Below the pieces are notes generated by a model that saw nothing but the letters and a program-made list of their open reading frames with translations, was not told where the DNA came from and made no database searches. A stretch of 64,000 nt of DNA, from positions 1,130,524 through 1,194,523 of the forward strand of contig MU053873.1 in NCBI GenBank assembly GCA_013239625.1, read 5' to 3'. The position numbers were made by a program, and so were the translations under genes. This DNA comes from Lama guanicoe. Lineage: Eukaryota. Positions 54,663-64,000 of the stretch are shown here, one piece after another. Position 1 is the first letter of the stretch. Each line of letters begins with the position of its first letter.

Positions 54663-55094
54663 TAAAGGACATTATTGGAAGAATCAAGAGAAATCTGAAT
54701 GGAGTTTGGCAATCAGATAGTGATATTGTATCTATACAAATGATAATTTCCTGATTTTGATGGTTGTGCTGCCATTATGAGGAGACTATGCCTTGGTTTT
54801 AGGAAATACATGAAGTATTTAGGAGTAATGAGGCATCATATCTCCAACTTACTCATAAATTGTTCAGAAAAAATTATGAATATATATATATAAGATACAC
54901 ATACATACAGAGAGAGAGACTGACAAGGCAAACCCAGTAAAAAGTTAATTGGGGAGTCTGAGTAAAAAGTCTGAGTGAAGAGTATGTTGGAACTTTTTGT
55001 ACTATTCTTGCATCTTTTCTGAAATTTGAAATTATGTCAAAATCAAAAGTTAAAAAAAAAATCAACAATCTCTTTATTAAGTACCAGAAAACTC

Positions 55095-55336
55095 GGATGT
55101 GAGGGCAGTCTGGCTGCGACATCTGTCATCCCATTGATCGCCAGGGTTGATTTGGCTGATCTGGCTGGCTAGGCGGGTGTCCCCTTCCTCCCTCACCGCT
55201 CCATGTGCGTTCCTCCTGAAGCTGGGTGCTCGGTGGAAGAGGACGACCATCCCCAATAGAGGAGGACCGTTCTACTCAGTCAAGGGTATACGAGTAGCTG
55301 CGCTCCCCTGCTAGAACCTCCAAACAAGCTCTCAAG
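55095..55336 (+). pseudogene. RN7SK: 7SK RNA retropseudogene, 3'-truncated at about nt 242
   Basis: Starts GGATGTGAGGGC...CTGGCTGCGACATCTGTC...GATCGCCAGGGTTGAT and ends CCAAACAAGCTCTCAAG. Lacks the 3' hairpin and terminator; degenerate direct repeats flank it. Confidence 0.93.
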
Positions 55337-55944
55337 AACTGGAAAACTTACCTAATTTTTCTTTCTCTTTTAAGTTATATTTCTATTCTACTTTCCTCAC
55401 AGACTTTTATCTCAATGTATTATAGTTGTATGCTTAAAACTAATAGACTACCTTGCATAAAAAAATACATTTTAGTATTTAAAAACTTTCTTCAAACCAT
55501 AAAAAAATCATTCTGCATGGAGCTATCATAGCAGTTAAAATCAGTTCAAATTTTATAAAGCTTATCAAAACAATATATATATTCCAAATTTTGATAATTA
55601 TTTAACAGAGACAGTAAAATATTGGAAATGTATCACTGCATCATGTATCAGTGGATTAATAGCACTTATTGCTAGAGCAAGCATTAATTTTACTACTTTT
55701 TTTAGTGAAAAAAAGTAAGTGCCCCCAAACATTGTTCATATAACTAGATAACTAAATGGATGGAGAAGGAAGGCATTTTGTTATAATGATGTCTTTCAAC
55801 TCTTTGAACATCTTTCGAGTTAGAAGCCAAGTCACACTGTGATCTATCATTAACAATTATTGTACTGAAATCCCAGCTGACAGCTCAATTTTGCCTTCCA
55901 TCAATTTTATTGAAAACAAAGAATTAGAACGAATGGAGTCAGAA

Positions 55945-56075
55945 GGGGGAGGGTTTAGCTCAAGTGTCAGAGTGCATGCTTAGCATTCACAAGGTCATCC
56001 TGGGTTCAATCCCCAATATCTCCTCTAAAAATAAACAAGTAAACCTAATTACCTCCACCCAAAACAAAACAGAAA
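55945..56075 (+). mobile_element. Camelid SINE with TSD
   Basis: TSD agaacgaatggagtcagaa (55926-55944) and agaaccaatggagttggaa (56076-56094). Confidence 0.88.
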
Positions 56076-56269
56076 AGAACCAATGGAGTTGGAAAGGGAT
56101 TTGATACTCAATGATGACGGTTATTTCCTTTTTTAGCCTCATCACCAGAAGTTAGACTGATTCATTTGTTCAGAACCCCAGAGGTTCTTTTTCTGCCTCA
56201 GGAGAGTGCACCTTGGGAAATGAGTGACAAGTTCTAGAATGACTGTGAATAAGAGAAAAGGTGGCTTCT

Positions 56270-56376
56270 CCCCCCCCCCCCCCCCCCCCTCCTTTTTCAA
56301 TTGGAGGTACTGGGAATTGAACCAAGTACCTCACACAAGCTCGGCATGTGCTCTACCAACCGAGCTTACCCCCACC
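56270..56376 (-). mobile_element. Camelid SINE with adjacent poly-C tract
   Basis: ggaggtactgggaattgaacc...ctctaccaaccgagct. Confidence 0.8.
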
Positions 56377-58466
56377 TAAGAGAGGTGGGATAAAGAATCC
56401 ATAGGTACCTGTGGTCAGTGGCTACCATATTAAGAGCAGTTCTTGAATTTCACACTTAGTTCAGATTGCTACTGGGTTTGGTGTAGTTTTTTTACACTGA
56501 CATTTATTTAAACTTAATGTTCAACTTTTTCTCATCACTTTTCTTTGCAATTCACAAAGACTGAGAGCTTTGTGTTTTACATATTTTATGACTCTTATCA
56601 CAAGTGCCTAGGGACTGTTAGGAACTGTTTTAAAATATTAACGGCATCTGAAGCAAGAATTATCAGAGAAATCATGCAGAGAGGATATAAAACTGTTCAA
56701 AGGTTTGGACTTGCGTGTTCAAGACTACATGGACAGCAACCTGCATTGGGTCAAATTACTGTTTTTTATGATTTTTAACATGTTTATCGAAAAAATAAGA
56801 GCCTCAAAAACAAAGCTGGGGGAGTCCATTTCAACATTCCACTTCTACAGCATTAACCAAGACTAAAATGCAATCCACTGGCCTTTTCTCCTCAAGCCCA
56901 GCCTCTTATGCCTTCTCCATATGGTTACTCATTCACACTGTGCTGGACTAATATAGAGACCTCATGCATTTTCTTTTTACATCTGAATGATTAAAATTTC
57001 TTTTAGTTTCACTGAGATTTCTTACACAGTGTCAGGCATTCTTTTGGTATTCGCAAATATTAACTCAATAAATAAAATTACATGACTCTTTTCAGAACCT
57101 CTTACAGCTTTCCAAGGTCCTTTAACGTAAATGTGCAAATCTCAACCAGAAGGCATTCGAAAGATTTTTCCAGAAAGGTCCCAGGGCCAGGACTGAGTCT
57201 CCTGCCCCTGCAGGCACCTTAGGATCCAGCTAGCTCAAGGCTGATGAGGGTTTAAAACGAGACAGTCTTCTTTGTCCTGGAGTTACTGGTCAGCCCTCAC
57301 CTCTTTTCCAGTCCACAGAAGGAAGCAGCCTGGGCCAGCTCAGTTTAAATAAACAGTCACTGATTCCATTCTGCCAATTTGGAGGAAGACTAGGAGACTC
57401 AGAGCCCAGCCCTGGGAATGACAGAAACTGTGCCCCTACAAAGGGCCTGTGTATCAGGAGACCGAATTAACTTCTTTCCTTCTTCCCCCACCAAAATATA
57501 ATTGAAGCACTGACCTGACTTCATAACACCAAAGAATTGCCTGGAACCTGTCTATCTTTACACTTTTTGCTTATCTTCCAATCACCAGCTACGAGACTTA
57601 CTGACCATTGCAGCCCTAGAACCTAGAACAGTGGAAGGAGTAACTACATGTTAAAGAAAGTATTGCTTTGTAATTCTAGGGAACTCAACAGTTTGTAATT
57701 TGCTTCAAAAAAGTGAAAAACGTCTGGGTAGGGTGTTTTCTCAGGTTTCTCAATTTTAATATTCCAGTGTCTAAACTGTTCCTGAGCTGCTGTTCAGGGG
57801 CCCCTCTTTCACAACCATTCGCCGCAACAGGTGGGCAGAAGCCCTGAATCTACCCCCGTGAAATTTTCTTTTCTTCTCATTAAAAATAAAAAAGTAAAAA
57901 TAAAGTACACCCAGAGCAGAAAGCTTAGAAATGCAAAGAAAAATAAAATTACATGTATCTCTGCACTCGGGAAGAACACCTATGATTTATTAAGTCTTCA
58001 CTAGGAGTTAAACCTAGTTTTAAATGCGCGATCTCATTCCCTACAGACTTCTGTCCCGGAATGTCTTTGCAGGCTTTTTTCTAACCTAAGGCCGCAGTCT
58101 CCAGTTCCTGCTCTGCTCTGGGCCTGTCCGGCTGAGGTAAAACTCCGTTAGTCTCGGTAAAAATTCCTCAGACAGGACCTCTCTCAGTCTGGAATTAAAC
58201 TCTTGTCATTCCAGGTGAAAATGCGTCAGGCTTGAGGGGGAAAATCCTTTAATGAGGAAACTCCGTCTGACTCTGCACCCAACGAGCCCATGACTCCGGC
58301 CCCCTCACCCGCCCAGCGACCGGAGACGTTTGCCAGTCGCCTGCGCGAAAAATGCCCAGACGCCCCCTGCCTGGGCGGGAGACCGCCATGCTGGACGCCT
58401 TGGCCCCGCCCCCTGGGTCCTCCGAGCCAATGGGAGCCGTGATAGGCTTGCGTCTCTCGGCGCTGG

Positions 58467-58485
58467 CCAATCGCGGAGGGCCACG
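58467..58485 (+). promoter_or_regulatory. ER stress response element (ERSE-I; NF-Y plus ATF6/XBP1s)
   Basis: CCAAT-cgcggaggg-CCACG is an exact CCAAT-N9-CCACG match, ending 78 nt before the ATG. Confidence 0.93.
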
Positions 58486-58562
58486 ATCGTAGAAAGGCTG
58501 GGCGCGGCGGGGCTGGCCAACTGGGCGGTGGCGGCACGTACTCGCGTAGACACGGTCTGGTC

Positions 58563-58792
58563 ATGGTGGTGGTGGCAGCCGCGCAGAGCCCGGCCGCCGG
58601 GGCCCCCAAAGTACTGCTTCTATCCGGCAAGCCTGCCGCCGCCGCCGCCGGAGCCCCGGCCGGCCGGGCTCTGCCAATCATGGTCCCGGGCCAGCGAGGG
58701 GCCAGCCCGGAGGCGGCGAGCGGGGGGCCGCCCCAGACGCGTAAGCGACAGCGCCTCACGCACCTGAGCCCCGAGGAGAAGGCGCTGCGGAG
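58563..58792 (+). CDS. XBP1: XBP1 coding exon 1
   Basis: MVVVAAAQSPAAGAPKVLLLSG...RKRQRLTHLSPEEKALR. Ends AG|GTGGGC; 230 nt. Confidence 0.97.
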
Positions 58793-59838
58793 GTGGGCGA
58801 GGGTCGGGGGCCTGGGACCAGATCCGAAGGCGGGACAGGAGCCTGGGGCCGGGTGCTGACCGCCCGCAACGTCGGGCGCCCCTGGCCTGGCCGGTCTGGT
58901 GCCATCGTGGCGCGGGGCGGGGCGGAGCAGGAAGTCTGGACTGACCGATCCACCACGCTGGGTGGAGTCCAGGGCTGCTCAGGCCTTTTAAAAATTTCCT
59001 TCTTTTCTGTTTCATTAAGAGATGACCAAAGCTGGTTATGCTGGCACCTGGGTTCCAGGTTCCTCCAGCTCTGTGACCACAAACCCGTGGTTCAGCTTCT
59101 CTGAACTTGGGCTGTAACATGGAGTCGATTGGTTTACTTACTTTTTTTGGTGTTGCACGGAGCAGAAATGACAGCTGTCGAAGGGGCTGTGAGCACTGTA
59201 AGGCTTGCTAGTTAATAGTCTGAGTCTTTAAAATATCTACTTCAAGAGGTCGTTGGGGAGATTGAGAAATGCCTAGTACTTAGTCCTCTGTAAATATTAG
59301 TTCTTTAATGATGAATGTGCTTTTTGTGATTTTTAAGTGCCTCCTCCAGCAGACACGGGCCTAGGCTCTCAGCACCAGGGCGAAAGTCCCATCAGCCTCT
59401 CCCTCATTTAAATTGGGTTTGGGGAGGGAGGGTTCATATCATAGCGCGATTACAGCCTTCACTAGATTTAATTAGCCCGGTTGGCTCCTGTTCAAGGAAA
59501 TTGAATTCAGGAAACAACGGGGGAGTAGAAAGGCGGAGAGGAAATACCTAATGATGCAAGATGACTAATATTTGTGTCCAGCCTCCGTGCTGTGGCCGGA
59601 ATGAGACTGAGGTGGATGACGCAGTAGGGGGAGAATAAAGCAGGTCTTCAAGCTGGATCCAAGAAGGCTGATTTTGTTTGGTTTCGTTTTATCGGGAGGA
59701 GGAGCCTGAAGTGTATTTTACCATGTCTACCTCATACTGTAAACTAAAATGAAAGCACCATCTGGCCAAGTTTTCAAATAAGGATATATAAATAAGGCTT
59801 GAGATGACTCAGTGTGAGATGTCCCTTTCTGTTCTCAG

Positions 59839-59935
59839 GAAACTGAAAAACAGAGTGGCAGCTCAGACTGCTAGAGACCGAAAGAAAGCTCGAATGAGTG
59901 AACTGGAACAGCAAGTGGTCGATTTGGAAGAAGAG
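59839..59935 (+). CDS. XBP1: XBP1 exon 2 (bZIP basic region)
   Basis: ttctcag|G AAA CTG AAA AAC... KLKNRVAAQTARDRKKARMSELEQQVVDLEEE|gtaaa; 97 nt, phase-consistent. Confidence 0.97.
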
Positions 59936-60073
59936 GTAAAGATACTTGAGGCCATAGTCTTATCTTTCATCCACTGTATATCTTTCCTTGGTGAATGGCC
60001 TTTTATTTGCTGCCCATCCCCAGTTTGATCCCCTTTAGAATACAGTTGGACGTATACTTAAAAGTTTAACTAA

Positions 60074-60246
60074 GGGAGAGGGTATAGCTCAGTGGTGGAG
60101 TTCGTGCCTAGCATATATAAGGTCCTAGGTTCAATCCCCTGTACCTCAGTATTTATTTAAATCCCCAGTATTTATTTAAATAAATAGGTAAATAGATAAA
60201 TAAATAAATCTAATCCCCCACCACCACCAAAAAATAAATTTTAAAA
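60074..60246 (+). mobile_element. Camelid SINE in XBP1 intron 2
   Basis: A- and B-box intact. TSD aaaagtttaactaag / aaaagttaaacaaag. Internal duplication of cagtatttatttaaat. Confidence 0.9.
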
Positions 60247-60923
60247 AAAGTTAAACAAAGTTAGGATAGATAAGTAATTGGTTAAGTGGTAAAGCTGGAT
60301 GAGAGCAGAAGTGATTGACCAACCCTCTGGCGTTTGATGCTAGGTCTATCTCAAAGCTGTTGAGTTACAATAATACAACAGTGTTTTATCAGTTAGTACT
60401 AAGAAATTAGTGAAAGCAGATAGGAAATTATTGCTTAAACTTGAGACCTTTCCTGGCTTGGCCAAAAGTCCACTAATGGTTCCCTTCCCCTTCTAGAACC
60501 TAAACTTAAATTGTTGCCAGTTAACACATCTTGAATACATAAGGATTATTTGTATTGGTTTTGGGTTTTTTTAACATATTGATCGTATAGTCCACCACTA
60601 CCACTTTTATTATTACCTGCCAGTTCAAGATAGGGTTTTTTTAAACATATCTAAATTAAAATCACAAGCCACTCTTTGCTGAGGGCTGTATTAGTAGTTG
60701 CGGGCATTGTGTTATATGTGACCCCATGAGATGGCACTTCTTAAATAGCTTATTTTTCATAATTAAGATCTTGCCTTCTAATACCTACTGTGAACAACTG
60801 CATAAGCATAGTTTCCCAAAAGATCCAGGAGAAGGAAGGGAAATCTATTGTAGTGAAACTTTGTCAGGTGGATTAAGTGAAAGAATTAGATGCTTTAATA
60901 GCCTCTTCTGAATTTTCTCCCAG

Positions 60924-61052
60924 AACCAAAAACTTTTGCTAGAAAATCAGCTTTTACGAGAGAAAACTCATGGCCTCGTAGTTGAGAACCAGGAGTTAAG
61001 ACAGCGCTTGGGGATGGATGCCCTAGTGACTGAAGAGGAGGCAGAAACCAAG
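60924..61052 (+). CDS. XBP1: XBP1 exon 3 (leucine zipper)
   Basis: tcccag|NQKLLLENQLLREKTHGLVVENQELRQRLGMDALVTEEEAETK|gtaaat; 129 nt. Confidence 0.97.
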
Positions 61053-61839
61053 GTAAATCATGTCCTTTATTTGTTGCCATATGTGAGAAGTGGTTTTAAG
61101 TGACATGACATGACCTCTTTCTTTAATGATACTCATTTTTCAAGAGTATAGTGAATAGTACTAAGTCCTGATAATTACGTTTCACGACTCTCTCAGGGCA
61201 AGTACTAATAAGTGCTAGTAGCCAACAAGATTTATCTACCATGCCAGCATTAAGGAGAACCAGAACAAGAGAGCCAGTCAGATCTGACTTTGAATGCTAC
61301 TAAAATTATAGTAGTTCTTTGATGAATGAATAGAGAAAGGATTTGTTGTGATAATGACACCTTTCTGATAGAAGGGTTTTAATCTATAAATCATGGCAAA
61401 TTCCGTGATAACACTTAAGTGGTCTGAGATTGACAGTAGCACAGTTCTGTGAAGGTGATGTTCAGAACAAAGTTTTAAAAAATCACTAAAAAGATTCTGG
61501 GCTTAAGTTTACTATAGAATTTTATTACTAGGAACATTATTTTTATCAAGCATATGATTAAGGTATTATTTATTAGTCGTGCCTGAATCTTTGCTTGGGG
61601 AAGAAAAATGTTTCATTGTACAGAAAATTGCAATGAAAAATTAGTCTTACCTCCCTTTTCTCATCTGTTCTTGAGGAGGGCTCAAGAAAATGGAAAGAAC
61701 AAAGGTAAGGGAAAGATTTCAGCTCTAAAGAATAGTTTTCTGTGTTTCTTAAAACTTGAGAATCAGCTGTCTGGCAAGCATTTCTTCAGGGACTCTAGGC
61801 TTGTTTGAGCTGTCTGTTCACTCCGGTCTTTCCTCCCAG

Positions 61840-61985
61840 GGGAATGGAGCGGGGCCGGTGGCCGGGTCTGCTGAGTCCGCAGCACTCAGACTACGTGCAC
61901 CTCTGCAGCAGGTGCAGGCCCAGTTGTCACCCCTCCAGAACATCTCCCCATGGATTCTGACGGTGTTGACTCTTCAGACTCTGAG
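61840..61985 (+). CDS. XBP1: XBP1 exon 4 (contains the 26-nt IRE1 intron)
   Basis: cccag|GNGAGPVAGSAESAALRLRAPLQQVQAQLSPLQNISPWILTVLTLQTL..|gtaggg; 146 nt unspliced, 120 nt spliced. Confidence 0.97.
61880..61905 (+). other. XBP1: 26-nt unconventional intron excised by IRE1
   Basis: CCG^CAGCACTCAGACTACGTGCACCTCTG^CAG. Both cut sites lie in 7-nt CNGCAGC loops of hairpins at 61871-61889 and 61896-61916. Confidence 0.97.
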
Positions 61986-62284
61986 GTAGGGCTTATTCAG
62001 ATTTACTAAAGAGCTGTATAACTACTTAATTCCATCTGTTTGATGCCTCACATCCCTAAGCAGACAGATGAGGGTAGCAAAGCTAGTTTTGGTTGAGTTA
62101 AAGGTAAACATTGATTACCTTCCTATTTCCAGGTGGCTTAGGACATAAAGTACAGATAAATGGGCCTGGTGAGTCCTGGAGGTTATGCAGCATAATGATT
62201 AATTTACATCATGGAACTTAGCACCAAGTTAGACTCTCAGGTGCATTGTAATAGTTGAATTCCATTTAATTTTGTCTTTTACAG

Positions 62285-62471
62285 TCTGATATCCTGTTGG
62301 GCATTCTGTTCAACTTGGACCCAGTCATGTTCTTCAGATGTCCTTCCCCAGAGTCTGCCAGCCTGGAGCAGCTCCCAGAAGTCTACCCAGAAGAACCCAG
62401 TTCCTTACCAGCCTCCCCTCATCCATCACTGGGGACGTCATCAGCCAAGCTGGAAGCCATTAATGAACTGA
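62285..62471 (+). CDS. XBP1: XBP1 exon 5, unspliced (XBP1u) frame; total 262 aa
   Basis: ttacag|..LISCWAFCSTWTQSCSS...[25 protein letters not shown], TGA at 62469-62471. Exon sum 789 nt. Confidence 0.95.
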
Positions 62472-62842
62472 TACGTTTTGACCACGTATATACAAAGCCT
62501 CAAGTCTTAGAGATACCCTCTGAGGCAGAGAGCCAAGCTGATGTGGTAGTGAAAATTGAGGAAGCACCTTTCAGCCCCTCAGAGAAAGATCACCCTGAAT
62601 TCACTGTCTCAGTGAAGGAAGAACTTGTAGAAGATGACTTCATTCCAGAGCTGGGTATCTCAGATCTGCTTTCAACCAGCCACTGCCTGAAGCCATCTTC
62701 CTGCCTACTGGATGCTTATAGTGACTGTAGCTATGAGGGCTCCCCTTCTCCCTTAAGTGACATGTCCTCTCTGCTTGGTGTAGACCATTCTTGGGAGGAC
62801 ACTTTCGCCAGTGAACTCTTTCCCCAGCTGATTAGTGTCTAA
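62285..62842 (+). CDS. XBP1: XBP1 exon 5, spliced (XBP1s) frame, transactivation domain; total 377 aa
   Basis: SDILLGILFNLDPVMFFRC...DHSWEDTFASELFPQLISV then TAA. Exon sum 1134 nt after removing 26 nt. Confidence 0.96.
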   Translation, partial: SDILLGILFNLDPVMFFRCPSPESASLEQLPEVYPEEPSSLPASPHPSLGTSSAKLEAINELIRFDHVYTKPQVLEIPSEAESQADVVVKIEEAPFSPSEKDHPEFTVSVKEELVEDDFIPELGISDLLSTSHCLKPSSCLLDAYSDCSYEGSPSPLSDMSSLLGVDHSWEDTFASELFPQLISV

Positions 62843-63414
62843 GAAATGATCCAATACTGTTGCCCTTTTCCTTGACTATTACACTGCCTGGAGGATAGCA
62901 GAGAAGCGTGTGCCTCATTCAAAAAGCCAAAGTAGAGGGTGTACAGTCCTAGATAATTCCTCTGAAGTGTTTGTTCAAACCTCATAGGTCACCCCAATGT
63001 CTTTTGACATTCAGTGGTTCAGGGTACGTAGATATTTTACTGTAATCCAGAATTACAGCTTCTTAGGTTGTACTTTTGTCTTAAGGGCAGTGGTTTGCCC
63101 TAAAATACGTAAGAGTCACTGGACAAGTGTCTTAGATGTGGAATTAATGAACATTTCTTTAACATTCAATATATCTCTTCCCCCTTCTTGGTTTCCCAGG
63201 CTTGCCTCCAATTTTAGGTCCTTTAGTTTGCTTCTGCAAGCAAAGAAAACACCTACCTGTGGGGGCTCCTTTTCCCTCATGTACAGTTCAAGTAAAGATC
63301 AAGAATCTTTTGTAGAATTACGGAAATTTACTATGTAAATGCTTGATGGAATCTTCCCCTGCTAGTGTAACTTTTGGAAGGTGCTTTCTCCATTTATTTA
63401 AAACTACCTGTGCA

Positions 63415-63420
63415 ATTAAA
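63415..63420 (+). terminator. XBP1: XBP1 polyadenylation signal (ATTAAA); cleavage about 63432
   Basis: tgcaATTAAAaagtacaatgca, followed by the GT/T-rich element gtgtctttgttctttg. Confidence 0.8.
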
Positions 63421-64000
63421 AAGTACAATGCAGTGTCTTTGTTCTTTGATTCCTTCCTGAACCTTAAGTCTTAATGTGTTCTCGCTAGGTGTATTACTGT
63501 TTGCCATGGTAGTGAGCATGCCACTTTTTAAAGTGACTGAAAGCTTCCATCCCACCCCCCACCCCCCTTAATTACTGCCTGCTTCAAGTCCTGGCTGTTG
63601 TAAATAATACACTCTGAGCAGTACTATATTCCTGAGAGTTTTCTTCAGCCAAACTGATCAATATTACAGCTAGTAAATGGCAGAGCTGTATCTTATGTTA
63701 TAGGACATGCCATTAAGTATCAATATTCTCTTACTGTTATTACAGAAATTAAGAACATTTTCTATACTCAAAACTCCCTGGGTTCACCTCTGCTACCAGT
63801 TAGCTGGGTAACCATTGACATAATACCACATTTCTTCATCTGTAAAGGGGCATAATAGACTCTCGAAAGGTTGCTAGAGGATTCAAAGAGATGATGCATT
63901 ATAAGCACTTAGCATATGAAAGTTTTTGACTGCATCACCCTCAAGCACTCAAAGGGCAACCAGTTACCTCCTAATCCACTTTGGGTTTTAATTTTTCACA

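Larger units (their letters stand above)
58250..58980. promoter_or_regulatory. XBP1: CpG island / XBP1 promoter and exon 1
   Basis: GC- and CpG-rich. GC box at ~58404-58413; CCAAT boxes at 58427 and 58467. Confidence 0.9.

Noticed and set aside
55370..56760. AT-rich unique-looking sequence around the SINE pair as a decayed gene or transposase
   Set aside because: Frequent stops in the frames I read and no recognisable motif; cannot be supported without blastx or Dfam.
9400..58200. The many 60-185-aa ORFs in the intergenic region
   Set aside because: They map to L1, LTR or MIR relics or look random; no exon structure or known protein similarity other than L1 ORF2 remnants.
58226..59120. Antisense and alternative-frame ORFs at the XBP1 CpG island
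   Set aside because: Expected by-product of high GC content; no recognisable domain.
59804..59838. In-frame intronic ATGs (MTQCEMSLSVL) just before XBP1 exon 2
   Set aside because: They overlap the branch/polypyrimidine region of a normal acceptor. There is no evidence of an internal TSS, so probably chance.
1..64000. CRISPR arrays, operons, prokaryotic or viral systems, long tandem arrays
   Set aside because: None seen. The sequence is ordinary mammalian euchromatin with only short microsatellites.

Overview
Mammalian genomic DNA, almost certainly from a camelid (alpaca, llama or camel), judging by seven copies of a tRNA-derived Vic-1-like SINE. Two protein-coding genes are arranged head to head about 50 kb apart. 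(1) The 5' end of ZNRF3 is on the minus strand: CpG island at ~7.8-9.3 kb, start codon at 8145, intron 1 running off the left edge. Its exon 1 is broken by a 136-N gap, and a 206-bp block of its coding sequence sits upstream of its own ATG, most likely a local misassembly. (2) The complete XBP1 gene is on the plus strand: 5 coding exons at 58563-62842, a perfect ERSE promoter element, the IRE1-excised 26-nt intron in a twin stem-loop, and overlapping XBP1u (262 aa) and XBP1s (377 aa) frames. The intergenic region is mostly L1, MaLR/ERVL LTR, MIR/L2 and hAT relics, plus a 3'-truncated 7SK retrocopy and an RPL23A processed-pseudogene fragment. I found no convincing undescribed system; the most striking machinery here (XBP1 splicing, frame switch, ribosome pausing) is established biology. 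The best leads are the scrambled ZNRF3 exon 1, two uORFs in the ZNRF3 leader (one stop overlaps the main ATG), and substitutions in the XBP1u arrest peptide. Repeat family names and human reference sequences are from memory, and repeat boundaries are approximate.
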